64,000 bases of DNA from Alphaproteobacteria bacterium (GTDB lineage Bacteria > Pseudomonadota > Alphaproteobacteria > UBA2966): assembly GCA_965242505.1 (NCBI GenBank), contig OZ251449.1, positions 2,552,184 to 2,616,183 of the forward strand. Reading direction: 5' to 3'. This document shows, in pieces, positions 51,839 to 61,672 of this stretch. Below the pieces are notes generated by a model. That model ran no database searches. It was not told the origin of the DNA and saw only the letters and a program-made list of their open reading frames with translations. Numbering within the stretch: position 1 is the first letter of the stretch; every line of letters begins with the position of its first letter. The position numbers and the translations under genes were made by a program.

Positions 51839-54800
51839 TCATCCGGCGGCGCGAAGCGGCCAGCCGCCGCGCGCATCGATGGCTTGGTCGATGCGCGCCA
51901 TGGCGCAGGGCGTTTCGGCGAGGGCGGCGCAGATTCGGCGATAGCGCGCGATGTCTTCGAACGAGAGGAACCGCCCCTTGCGGTCCTTCAGCCATTTCTC
52001 CGCCGGGCGGTAGCCGCCGATGGCGAAGGCCCAGACGTCCGGCGACACGCCCTCGAAGTACTGGCCGCCGTTGATCCATACCCGGCCCGGGACGCCGCCG
52101 CTCGGCGGGGCGTAGCGGACCTTGTCGATGCGGTTGTCGCCCGCGTCCGGAAAGGCGGGCGCGTCTTCGCCCTCGGCCTCCATCAGGTGCAGGGCGGCGA
52201 GGCGCCGGCCCAGGCCGACCAGTTCGGCGAACAGCGCGCGATCGTCCGTGAGCGGCGCGCGCGGGAAATCCGACTTCAGGAAATCCGCGTACCGGCGGCG
52301 GTATTCCGGGCTGTGGAGCACCGCATAGATGTAGTGAAACACGTCCTCCGGCCCGAAGACGGATTCGAGGTCGCCCGCGCCGTCGGGGATGAAGTCGAGA
52401 CCGAGCGCCGCGCGCATCGATTCGACGAAGCCTGGGTCGAGATTGGCCGCGCGCATCTTTCCGAAGCAATCCGTCGCATAGGTGTAGAGGGGAAAGAGGG
52501 AATTCGAGTCGTAGGCGTCCAGGGACTTGTTACCAGTGACGGTTTTTGCCGCGAATGCGTTCCATTGTCCCCGACCTTGCCGCGTCGTGACGATGCCGAC
52601 GTTCGGCCCTCTCAACATATGGCGCATGACGTTCGGCCGCGGCATACAGATGAATCCGCGGCTACGGCCGGTGTAACAGGTGAAGCGCGTATCGAACGGG
52701 CGATACAGTATGGGTACCGGACTCCACTGCCCTCCGGGGATTCCGCGGACGTCCCGTTGCGCGTCCTCGACCTTCCAATCGCGAACGTCCCTGCCCAACC
52801 GATAAAACGCTCTCGCGTCTTCGGGGTCCCGAGAGGCGAAGTCCTCCACGACGCGACGCATGTCATCCGCCGTCCACTGGATCGCCAGCCTGTCGCGCGC
52901 CGTCACGATCCCGATCGAATTGACGGGAAAGACGTCGGTAAGAGCCGGGTACGTTTCGTACTCCTCGCGCAACGCCTCGTCGCGCGGCGCGAACAGATAG
53001 AGCGGCGGCATGGGCGCGAGCTCCGTCCACGACGTCGTCCCCACGTCGTTGGCGGAGAGCCATCCGTACTTGCCGCCGTCCGGCCCGGCCTCGCGTTCGC
53101 CCCACAGATCGGCATGGAACACCCGCGCCGATCCGTCATCGCTGTCCGCCCTCTTGACGAACAGGCCGATGGCAACGCCCTTCTGGATGTCGAACACGTT
53201 CTCGTTCCTGCCGCCGTCCGGCGCGCGCTCCCTCTTCATGGCGTCGCCGTGCAGGTCGAGCAGGTAGATCTCGTCGAAAGCTTCCATCAGACTCTTCCGC
53301 ATCCCGCGAAAGGTCGGGTTGTCGAGATAACCGTGATTGGTGACGAAGCCGAGCACGCCTTCGCCGGTGCTCTCGATCCGCCACTGCGCGAAGCGGATGA
53401 ACTTGACGTAATCGTCGTACAGCCACTTCAGGTTCTTTTCGCAGAGCGGTTCGCCGTCCACCTCGAAATAGCTGCCGGTCCTGGCCGCGCCGTCCCTGCC
53501 TTGCAGCAGAGCCTTGATCCACGCGCCCTCGTTGGCGGATTCGCCGCGATAGGGCGGGTTGCCGATCACGACCATCACCGGCTTTTCGCGCTTCACCGCA
53601 TCCGCATCCGCAGCCTCACGAGCGACCTCATGGGCGAACAGCGCGCCGGCGGTCCCCTCGTGCGCCTCTTCAAGCGCGTTGGTGAGAAAGACGCCGAGCC
53701 GCTGGCCGTCCGGCATCCTGAAACCCGCGTCCGTCCCGCCGATCTCGAGAGCCAGCTTCAGATGGCAGATGGCGTAGGGCGCCATCAGCAACTCGAACCC
53801 GAACAGGCGCGGCAACAGGTGGTCCCGCACGTAGTCCGGCCACGCGCCGCCGAGGCCCTTGCCCTCGATCGTCTCGCGGACCGTGGCGACGGCCTCGCGC
53901 AGGAACGTGCCCGTGCCCGCAGCCGGGTCGAGGATCAGCACCCGCGGACTCGCCGTCGGCTGCCCTTCGGGGTCGCGCTCGTCGATCGTCGCGGTGTCGG
54001 CAAGCCCGTCCGCCAAGCCGAACCTCTCGCGGAGCAGGCGATCCACGCTCGCCACGATGTAGGAGACCACAGGCTCGGGCGTGTAGTAGACGCCGCGCGC
54101 CGCACGCCGTTTCGGGTCGTAGGCGGCCAGAAAGTCCTCGTAGAAATGCACCACCGGGTCTTCGCGGCGGGTGCGGCGACCGAAATCGGCGAGGATCTCC
54201 GCCATGTCGGCCCGGTCGAGCAGGCGCGCCAGATCGTCCACGATCCAGGCCAGGCGCGAATCGACGCCGGGGCCGGCGATATGGCCGAAGACCTCACGCA
54301 GGAACGGCGTCGTCTCGGCGAAAACGGCGGACCGGCGTGTGAACGGCCCGCTCTTCGGATCGTGCAGGCAGCGGGCCGCGAACAGGCCGTAGGCGGCGGT
54401 CTGCGCTTGCAGGTCGGCGAACTCATCGGCCGGCAACTGCAGGAACAACACGTCGCGATAGGCGGCCAGCAAGTCACTCAGGGGTCCCGACTGGCCTTCC
54501 CACTCCAAAATGCGTTCGACGCCATCGCGCAACAGCCGCGTCTTGGCCGCCATGCGCTCCGCGAGTTCACGGGACTGGCCGATGGACGGCGTATCGGCGG
54601 CGAGGAACGCTTGGAACAGCCCGGTAACCTGGCCCAAACCCTCCCGGTTCGCCACGATTTTGCCGCGGCGGTCGAACCGGCCCAGTCGCGCGGTCTCGCG
54701 CAACTCGCCGTCGGCGTACCAGCGAAACTCGAGATAGTCCGTCAGGATCAGATTGGGCAGAGCGGTCCGGTAGCGCTTCAGTTGTTCGTCGCGCTCGTCT

Positions 54801-55057
54801 TGGTTCAGGTCGGCTCCGACGTCCTTGCATTCGATATGGCCGACCGGAACGCCGCGCCGCTCGACGATGAAGTCGGGCGCGCCGCACGCGACGCGCGACG
54901 GCTCGTTGAGGGCGTGAACGCCGGCGCCGCCCAACTCCTGCGCGAGCGTCCGAAGCGCCGGACGGTAGCTGTGCTCGGTCGCCTGCCCGGTGGCGCGCGT
55001 TCGCTCCAACTCCCGGCGGTAATCGCGAAGCGCGCCCGCCGCGTCCCGGTCCGTCAT
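51839..55057 (-). CDS. single-chain restriction-modification enzyme, MmeI-like architecture (type IIL/IIG): PD-ExK nuclease + N6-adenine MTase + specificity region; copy 1
   Basis: GAPDFIVERRGVPVGHIECKD. YYTPEPVV, LDPAAGTGTFL (motif I), VIGNPPY (motif IV). 1072 aa from MTDRDAAGAL. The 1337-aa version in the track is an upstream shadow extension. Confidence 0.7.
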   Translation of the reverse strand: MTDRDAAGALRDYRRELERTRATGQATEHSYRPALRTLAQELGGAGVHALNEPSRVACGAPDFIVERRGVPVGHIECKDVGADLNQDERDEQLKRYRTALPNLILTDYLEFRWYADGELRETARLGRFDRRGKIVANREGLGQVTGLFQAFLAADTPSIGQSRELAERMAAKTRLLRDGVERILEWEGQSGPLSDLLAAYRDVLFLQLPADEFADLQAQTAAYGLFAARCLHDPKSGPFTRRSAVFAETTPFLREVFGHIAGPGVDSRLAWIVDDLARLLDRADMAEILADFGRRTRREDPVVHFYEDFLAAYDPKRRAARGVYYTPEPVVSYIVASVDRLLRERFGLADGLADTATIDERDPEGQPTASPRVLILDPAAGTGTFLREAVATVRETIEGKGLGGAWPDYVRDHLLPRLFGFELLMAPYAICHLKLALEIGGTDAGFRMPDGQRLGVFLTNALEEAHEGTAGALFAHEVAREAADADAVKREKPVMVVIGNPPYRGESANEGAWIKALLQGRDGAARTGSYFEVDGEPLCEKNLKWLYDDYVKFIRFAQWRIESTGEGVLGFVTNHGYLDNPTFRGMRKSLMEAFDEIYLLDLHGDAMKRERAPDGGRNENVFDIQKGVAIGLFVKRADSDDGSARVFHADLWGEREAGPDGGKYGWLSANDVGTTSWTELAPMPPLYLFAPRDEALREEYETYPALTDVFPVNSIGIVTARDRLAIQWTADDMRRVVEDFASRDPEDARAFYRLGRDVRDWKVEDAQRDVRGIPGGQWSPVPILYRPFDTRFTCYTGRSRGFICMPRPNVMRHMLRGPNVGIVTTRQGRGQWNAFAAKTVTGNKSLDAYDSNSLFPLYTYATDCFGKMRAANLDPGFVESMRAALGLDFIPDGAGDLESVFGPEDVFHYIYAVLHSPEYRRRYADFLKSDFPRAPLTDDRALFAELVGLGRRLAALHLMEAEGEDAPAFPDAGDNRIDKVRYAPPSGGVPGRVWINGGQYFEGVSPDVWAFAIGGYRPAEKWLKDRKGRFLSFEDIARYRRICAALAETPCAMARIDQAIDARGGWPLRAAG

Positions 55058-55221
55058 TTGGGCGTCTCTCAGGTCGCGCCGCGGGAGGCTCGCGCCCACC
55101 GCGGTTCGGCGGGGCGGGCCTCGACGGCCGCCATCGGTTTCGCGTTCGCTCCGTTCATCCTGCATGTTGTCGCCGAGTTCGCCCCGACGTGCAAGGTCGG
55201 CATTCCGCCCGACCGCAAGGC

Positions 55222-58200
55222 TCATCCGGCGGCGCGAAGCGGCCAGCCGCCGCGCGCGTCGATGGCCTGGTCGATGCGCGCCATGATCCGCGGTGTTTCG
55301 GCGAGGGCGGCGCAGATTCGGCGATAGCGCGCGACGTCGTCGAACGAGAGGAGACGCCCCTTGCGGTCCTTCAGCCATTTCTCCGCCGGGCGGTAGCCGC
55401 CGACGGCGAAGGCCCAGACGTCCGGCGACACGCCCTCGAAGTACTGGCCGCCGTTGATCCATACCCGGCCCGGGACGCCGCCGCTCGGCGGGGCGTAGCG
55501 GACCTTGTCGACGCGGTTGTCGCCCGCGCCCGGAAAGGCGGGCGCGTCTTCGCCCTCGGCCTCCATCAGGTGCAAGGCGGCGAGGCGACGGCCCAGGCCG
55601 ACCAGTTCGGCGAACAGCGCGCGATCGCCCGTGAGCGGCGCGCGCGGGAAATCCGACTTCAGGAAATCCGCGTAACGGCGGCGGTATTCCGGGCTGTGGA
55701 GCACCGCATAGACGTAGTGGAACACGTCCTCCGGCCCGAAGACGGCTTCGAGGTCGCCCGCGCCGTCGGGGATGAAGTCGAGACCGAGCGCCGCGCGCAT
55801 CGATTCGACGAAGCCAGGGTCGAGATTCGCTGCGCGCGTCTTTCCGAAGCAATCCGTCGCATAGGTGTAGAGGGGGAAGAGGTAATTCACCTCCTTGAGT
55901 GAGACCGTGTGATGTTGGATGAGATGGCTTGAGGCGAACACGTGTTCCCAGCCGTCGGCAATCTCCGTCGACCTTGTCGTCGAGAGACCCAGGTTCGGCC
56001 CCGCCAGCATGTGGCGCATGACGTTCGGCCGCGGCATACAGATGAATCCGCGGCTACGGCCGGTGTAACAGGTGAAGCGCGTATCGAACGGGCGATACAG
56101 TATGGGTACTGGATTCCACTGCCCTCCGGGGATTCCGCGGACGTCCCGCTGCGCGTCCTCGACCTTCCAGTCGCGAGCATCCCTGCCCAACCGATAAAAC
56201 GCTCTCGCATCTTCGGGGTCGCGGGAGGCGAAGTCCTCCACGACGCGACGCATGTCGTCCGCCGTCCACTGGATCGCCAGCTTGTCGCGCGCCGTAACCA
56301 CGCCGACGGAGTTGACTGGAAAAATTTCCGGGAGCTTCCAGTTGTCCTCGTACTCCGCCTTCAACGCCTCGTCGCGCGGCGCGAACAGATAGAGCGGCGG
56401 CATGGGCGCGAGTTCCGTCCACGACGTCGTCTCCACGTCGTTGGCGGAGAGCCATCCGTACTTGCCGCCGTCCGGCCCGGCCTCGCGTTCGCCCCACAGG
56501 TCGGCATGGAACACCCTCGCCGGCTTCCCGTCGGCGCCTCCGCGCTTGACGAACAGGCCGATGACGACGCCCTGCTGAATGTCGAACACGTTCTCGTCCC
56601 TGCCGCCGTCCGGCGCGCGCTCCTTCCTCTTCGCGTTGCCGTGCAGATCAAGCAGGTGGATCTCGTCGAAAGCTTCCATCAGGCTTTGCCGCATCCCGCG
56701 AAAGGTCGGGTTGTCGAGATAGCCGTGATTGGTGACGAAGCCGAGCACGCCTTCGCCGGTGCTCTCGATCCGCCACTGCGCGAAGCGGATGAACTTGACG
56801 TAATCGTCGTTCAGCCACTTCGGGTTCCTTTCACCGAGCGGTTCGCCGTCCACCTCGAAATAGCCGCTGCTCCCGTCCGCGTCGTTTCGGCCCCGCAACA
56901 GGTCGGCGATCCATGCGCCCTTGTTGGCGGAATGGCCGGAATAGGGCGGGTTGCCGAGCACGACCATCACCGGCTTCTCCCGCTTGACCGCATCCGCGCC
57001 AGCGGCCTCCCGGGCGATCTCGTGGGCGAACAGCGCACCGGCGGTCCCCTCGTGCGCCTCTTCCAGCGCGTTGGTGAGAAAGACGCCGAGCCGCTGGCCG
57101 TCCGGCATCCTGAAACCTGCGTCCGTCCCGCCGATCTCGAGAGCCAGCTTCAGATGGCAGATGGCGTAGGGCGCCATCAGCAACTCGAACCCGAACAGGC
57201 GCGGCAACAGGTGGTCCCGCACGTAGTCCGGCCATGCGCCGCCGAGGCCCTTGCCCTCGATCGTCGCGCGGACCGTGGCAACGGTCTCGCGCAGGAACGT
57301 GCCCGTGCCCGCCGCCGGGTCGAGGATCAGCACCCGCGGACTCGCCTTCGATTGCCCCTCGGGATCGCGCCCGGCGATCGTTGCGGTGTCGGCAAGCCCG
57401 TCCCCCAGACCGAAACTTGCGCGCAAGATGCGGTCCACGCTGCGCACGATGTAGGAGACCACGGGCTCGGGCGTGTAGTAGACGCCGCGTACCTCGCGCA
57501 GTTTCGGGTCGTAGGCGGCCAGAAAGTCCTCGTAGAAATGCACCACCGGGTCTTCGCGGCGGGTGCGGCGACCGAAATCGGCGAGAATCTCCGCCATGTC
57601 GGCCCGGTCGAGCAGGCGCGCCAGATCGTCCACGATCCAGGCCAAGCGCGAATCGACGCCGGGGCCGGCGATATGGCCGAAGACCTCGCGCAGGAACGGC
57701 GTCGTCTCGGCGAAAACGGCGGACCGGCGCGTGAACGGCCCATTCTTCGGGTCGTGCAGGCAGCGGGCCGCGAACAGGCCGTAGGCGGCGGTCTGCGCTT
57801 GCAGGTCGGCGAACTGATCGGCCGACAACCGCGCGATCAACACGTCGCGATAGGCGGCCAGCAAGTCGCGCAGGGGTCCCGATCGGCCTTCCCCCCGCAG
57901 GATGCGTTCGACGCCATCGCGCAACAGCCGCGCCTTGGCCGCCATGCGCTCCGCGAGTTCACGGGACTGGCCGATGGACGGCGCATCGGCGGTGAAGAAC
58001 GCCTGGAACAGCCCGGTAACCTGGCCCAAACCCTCCCGGTTCACCGCGACCCTGCCGCGACGGTCGAACCGGCCCAGTCGCGCGGTCTCGCGCAATTCGC
58101 CGTCGGCGTACCAGCGAAACCTGAGATAGTCCGTCAGGATCAGATTGGGCAGGGCGGCCCGGTAGCGTTTCAGTTGTTTGCTGCACTCGACACGGTTCAG

Positions 58201-58449
58201 GTCGGTTCCGACGTCCTTGCACTCGATATGGCCGACCGGAACGCCGCGCCGCTCGACGATGAAGTCGGGCGCGCCGCACGCGACATGCGAAGGCTCGTTG
58301 AGGGCGTGAACGCCGGCGCCGCCCAACTCCTGCGCGAGCGTCTGAAGCGCCGGACGGTAGCTGTGCTCGGTCGCCTGCCCGGTGGCGCGCGTCCGTTCCA
58401 ACTCCCGGCGGTAATCGCGAAGCGCGCCCGCCGCGTCCCGATCCGTCAT
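55222..58449 (-). CDS. single-chain restriction-modification enzyme, MmeI-like architecture; copy 2 (paralogue with divergent cassettes)
   Basis: Same motifs (VLGNPPY). 1075 aa. Roughly 90 percent aa identity to copy 1 by eye, with the differences clustered in patches. Confidence 0.7.
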   Translation of the reverse strand: MTDRDAAGALRDYRRELERTRATGQATEHSYRPALQTLAQELGGAGVHALNEPSHVACGAPDFIVERRGVPVGHIECKDVGTDLNRVECSKQLKRYRAALPNLILTDYLRFRWYADGELRETARLGRFDRRGRVAVNREGLGQVTGLFQAFFTADAPSIGQSRELAERMAAKARLLRDGVERILRGEGRSGPLRDLLAAYRDVLIARLSADQFADLQAQTAAYGLFAARCLHDPKNGPFTRRSAVFAETTPFLREVFGHIAGPGVDSRLAWIVDDLARLLDRADMAEILADFGRRTRREDPVVHFYEDFLAAYDPKLREVRGVYYTPEPVVSYIVRSVDRILRASFGLGDGLADTATIAGRDPEGQSKASPRVLILDPAAGTGTFLRETVATVRATIEGKGLGGAWPDYVRDHLLPRLFGFELLMAPYAICHLKLALEIGGTDAGFRMPDGQRLGVFLTNALEEAHEGTAGALFAHEIAREAAGADAVKREKPVMVVLGNPPYSGHSANKGAWIADLLRGRNDADGSSGYFEVDGEPLGERNPKWLNDDYVKFIRFAQWRIESTGEGVLGFVTNHGYLDNPTFRGMRQSLMEAFDEIHLLDLHGNAKRKERAPDGGRDENVFDIQQGVVIGLFVKRGGADGKPARVFHADLWGEREAGPDGGKYGWLSANDVETTSWTELAPMPPLYLFAPRDEALKAEYEDNWKLPEIFPVNSVGVVTARDKLAIQWTADDMRRVVEDFASRDPEDARAFYRLGRDARDWKVEDAQRDVRGIPGGQWNPVPILYRPFDTRFTCYTGRSRGFICMPRPNVMRHMLAGPNLGLSTTRSTEIADGWEHVFASSHLIQHHTVSLKEVNYLFPLYTYATDCFGKTRAANLDPGFVESMRAALGLDFIPDGAGDLEAVFGPEDVFHYVYAVLHSPEYRRRYADFLKSDFPRAPLTGDRALFAELVGLGRRLAALHLMEAEGEDAPAFPGAGDNRVDKVRYAPPSGGVPGRVWINGGQYFEGVSPDVWAFAVGGYRPAEKWLKDRKGRLLSFDDVARYRRICAALAETPRIMARIDQAIDARGGWPLRAAG

Positions 58450-58668
58450 CGGGCGTCTCTCAGGTCGCGCCGCGGGAGGCTCGCGCCCGCCGCGGTTCGG
58501 CGGGGCGGGCCTCGACGGCCGCCATCGGTTTCGTATCCGGTACGTTCATCCTTCATGTTGTCGCCGAGTTCGCCCCGACATGCAAGGTCGGCGGCATGGG
58601 GGGTCGAACCGGTCGGGGCGGCGTGATAGCGTCCCGGCCATGAAGGGGCTCTCGATCGACGCGGCGCG

Positions 58669-60048
58669 ATGACCGGCCGGCCCAACTCCGCCGCCGCCAG
58701 AGACGCGGCGGCGGTGCTGCATCCGTTCACCGACCTCAAGGCCCACGAGGAAGACGGACCGTTCATCATCGACCACGGCAACGGCGTGCGCGTCACCGAC
58801 GAGAGCGGCAAGACCTATATCGAGGGCATGTCCGGACTGTGGTGCGCGTCGCTCGGTTTCAGCGAGCGCCGCTTGGTCGACGCGGCGGCGCGCCAGATGG
58901 CGGAACTGCCCTACAACCAGACGTTCCTCGGACGGAGCCACGAAACGGCGATCAATCTCGCCGAGCGCCTTCTCTCCCTGTCGCCGGTTCCCATGTCCAG
59001 GATCCTGTTCGCCAGCTCGGGCTCCGAGGCCAACGACACCGCGGTCAAGCTGGTCTGGTACTACAACAACGCCGAGGGGCGGCCCGAAAGGCGCAAGATC
59101 ATCGGGCGGCGGAACGGCTATCACGGGACGACGGTCGCCACGACGAGCCTGAGCGGCATCCCCGACCTGCACCGGGGCTTCAATTTGCCGATCGCCGACG
59201 TCCTGCACACCGACTGTCCGCATCACTACCGCTTCGCGCGCCCCGGCGAGACCGAGGAGGAGTTCGCGGACCGCCTCGCCGCCAATCTGGAGAGGCTGAT
59301 CCTCGACGAGGGCCCGGAGACCGTGGCCGCCTTCATCGCCGAGCCGGTGATGGGGGTCGGCGGCGTCATCGTGCCGCCGCGGACCTATTTCGAGAGGATG
59401 CAGGCCGTGCTGCGCGAGTACGGCGTGCTGTTCATCGTCGACGAGGTCATCTGCGGCTTCGGACGGACGGGGAACATGTTCGGCAGCGAGACCTTCGGCC
59501 TCCGGCCCGACCTCATGTGCTGCGCCAAGGCGCTGTCGTCCGCCTACCTGCCGATCTCGGCGACCTTCATCTCCGAGCCGATCTACCGAGCGATGGTGGC
59601 GGAGAGCGAGAAGATCGGCGTGTTCGGCCACGGATACACCTACTCCGGCCATCCGGTCGCGGCGGCCGTGGCCCTCGAGGCGCTCGACATCTACGAGGAG
59701 CGCGACGTCGTGGGCCACGTGCGGGCCGTCGCTCCGCGCTTCCAGGAGGTATTCCGGTCGCTCGCCGACCGCCCGCTGGTGGGGGAGGCCCGAGGCGTGG
59801 GGCTGATGGCCGGCGTCGAACTGGTCGCCGACAAGACCGCCAAGCGGCCCTTCGACCCGGCGCTCAAGGTCGGCGCCTACCTGGCGTCGCGGGCCCGCGA
59901 ACACGGGTTGATCGTGCGGGCGCTCGGCGACACCGTGGTCTGCGCTCCGCCGTTGATCATCGCCGAAGACGAGATCGACGAGCTCGGCGCGCGCTTCCAC
60001 CGCGCGCTGGCGGACACGGAGGCGCGGTTCCTCGGGGATACGGCGTAG
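58669..60048 (+). CDS. class III (omega) aminotransferase, PLP-dependent
   Basis: 459 aa. SGSEANDTAVK, DEVICGFGRTG, CCAKALSS (PLP Lys). Confidence 0.85.
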   Translation: MTGRPNSAAARDAAAVLHPFTDLKAHEEDGPFIIDHGNGVRVTDESGKTYIEGMSGLWCASLGFSERRLVDAAARQMAELPYNQTFLGRSHETAINLAERLLSLSPVPMSRILFASSGSEANDTAVKLVWYYNNAEGRPERRKIIGRRNGYHGTTVATTSLSGIPDLHRGFNLPIADVLHTDCPHHYRFARPGETEEEFADRLAANLERLILDEGPETVAAFIAEPVMGVGGVIVPPRTYFERMQAVLREYGVLFIVDEVICGFGRTGNMFGSETFGLRPDLMCCAKALSSAYLPISATFISEPIYRAMVAESEKIGVFGHGYTYSGHPVAAAVALEALDIYEERDVVGHVRAVAPRFQEVFRSLADRPLVGEARGVGLMAGVELVADKTAKRPFDPALKVGAYLASRAREHGLIVRALGDTVVCAPPLIIAEDEIDELGARFHRALADTEARFLGDTA

Positions 60049-60063
60049 GACGGGGCGTGTTCG

Positions 60064-61459
60064 ATGACCGGCGATCTCGCGTCGATGTCGGCGGTGGAGC
60101 TGGTCTCCCGCTACCGCCGCAAGACGTTGTCGCCGGTCGAGGCGGTCGAAGCGGCGCTTGAGCGGATCGACCGGTGCGACGGCGCCGTCAACGCCTTCCG
60201 CCATCTCGATCCCGATTCGGCGCTCGCGTCGGCGCGCGAATCGGAGGCGCGCTGGCGGGCGGGAACTCCCGCCGGCCTCGTCGACGGCGTGCCCACGACG
60301 ATCAAGGACGCGCTTCTGACGAAGGGCTGGCCGACCCGGCGCGGCTCGCGCACCGGTTCGGCCGATGGTCCCTGGGACGAGGACGGCGCGCCTGCGGGCC
60401 CACGGCGCGGTGCTGATCGGCAAGACGACGACCCCGGAGTTCGGCTGGAAGGGCGTCACCGACAGCCCGCTCACCGGCGTCACGCGGAACCCGTGGAACC
60501 TGGAACGGACGCCGGGCGGTTCCAGCGGCGGCGCCTCGGCGGCCTGCGCGCTCGGGATGGGGGCGCTGCACGTGGGCACCGACGGCGCCGGCTCGATCCG
60601 CATTCCGGCGGCCTTCACCGGCATCTATGGCCTCAAGCCCACGTTCGGGCGCGTGCCCATCTATCCGATGAACATGCCGGGCGCGATCATCCATCACGGA
60701 CCGATGACGCGAACCGTGGGCGACGCGGCGCTGATGCTCAACGTCATCGCCGAGCCCGACCCTCGGGACTGGACGGCCCTTCCTTACGATGCCCGCGACT
60801 GGCGGACGGGGATCGAGGATGGCGTCAGGGGCCTCCGCATCGCCTATTCGCGCGATTTCGGTTACGCGGACGTGGACCCCGAGGTCGCCGGCCTCGTCGA
60901 GAAGGCGGTGGACGTATTCGCCGATCTGGGCGCCGTCGTCGAAGAGGCCGACCCCGGGTTCGAGGACCCGCGCGAGGCTTTCGGCGCATATTATTTCCTG
61001 CGCTTCCGGCCCCTCGTCGATGCGATGGACGACGAACAGCGCGCGCTCATGGACCCGGGGCTGGTGCGATCGGTCGAGGAATACCGGGACAGGGGCGTCG
61101 CCGAGTCGCTGGCCGCCGATGCGGCGCGTCTGATGCTGGGGCGGCGCATGAACCTGTTTCACCAGACCTATGACCTGCTGGTCTCGCCGCAGATGCCGCT
61201 CACCGCCTTCGAGGCGGGGGCCGAGGCGCCGGCCGGCCGCGGCATGAAGAACTGGATGGACTGGAGTCCGTTCACCTATCCATTCAACTTCACGCAAGCG
61301 CCGGCGGCGAGCGCGCCCTGCGGGATCACCGGCGAGGGCCTGCCGGCGGCGATGCAGATCGCCGGGCCGCGGTATCGGGAGGACCTAGTGCTGCGCGCAA
61401 GCCGCGCCTACGAGTCGGCCCGCCCGTTCGTCATGCCGAAACCGCCGGAGGACGGCTGA
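60064..61459 (+). pseudogene. amidase-signature family amidase, frameshifted near 60383-60395
   Basis: N-terminal part (..GVPTTIKDAL..PWDED) is in one frame. RLRAHGAVLIGKTTTPEFG..GGSSGGASAACA..GTDGAGSIRIPAAF is in another frame. Confidence 0.75.
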
Positions 61460-61520
61460 CTGCGATCAAGGCCGACGGTCCGACGGCGTCGGCGAACGGC
61501 TCGAATTTCAGATCAGAACA

Positions 61521-61672
61521 CTTCCGACGGGAGCGCCGCAAGGTCCGTCCGCGCCCCTTCCCCCTTGGCGCGACCCCCACCCCGGCCCTCCCCCTGCAAG
61601 GGGGAGGGGGGCGGAGGGACCGTCGACGCTCCTCCCCCCTGACAGGGGGGAGGTCGGGAGGGGGGACCGCGG
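61521..61672 (-). repeat. mosaic element copy R8, B module + A hairpin half (left flank of IS copy 2)
   Basis: GGCGCGACCCCCACCCCGGCCCTCCCCCTGCAAGGGGGAGGG ... CTCCTCCCCCCTGACAGGGGGGAGGTCGGGAGGGGGGACCGCGG. Confidence 0.8.

Larger units (their letters stand above)
51819..58592 (-). repeat. direct tandem duplication, two units (51819-55201 and 55202-58592), each one RM gene plus its leader
   Basis: Both units begin ATTCCGCCCGACCGCAAGGCTCA and end ..GTTGTCGCCGAGTTCGCCCCGAC.TGCAAGGTCGGC. Long near-identical blocks lie in between. Confidence 0.85.

Noticed and set aside
55058-55852. The 265-codon N-terminal extension of RM copy 1 (the 1337-aa ORF in the track), and a 36-codon upstream ORF (MQDERSERETDGGRRG.. 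/ MKDERTGYETDGGRRG..) in both leaders.
   Set aside because: The extension is Arg/Pro-rich shadow sequence overlapping the 3' end of copy 2. The short uORF is in frame with the main ORF in copy 1 but out of frame in copy 2 (CCCAAATG vs CCCGATG). It is therefore not conserved as coding sequence. MTDRDAAGAL is the start common to both.
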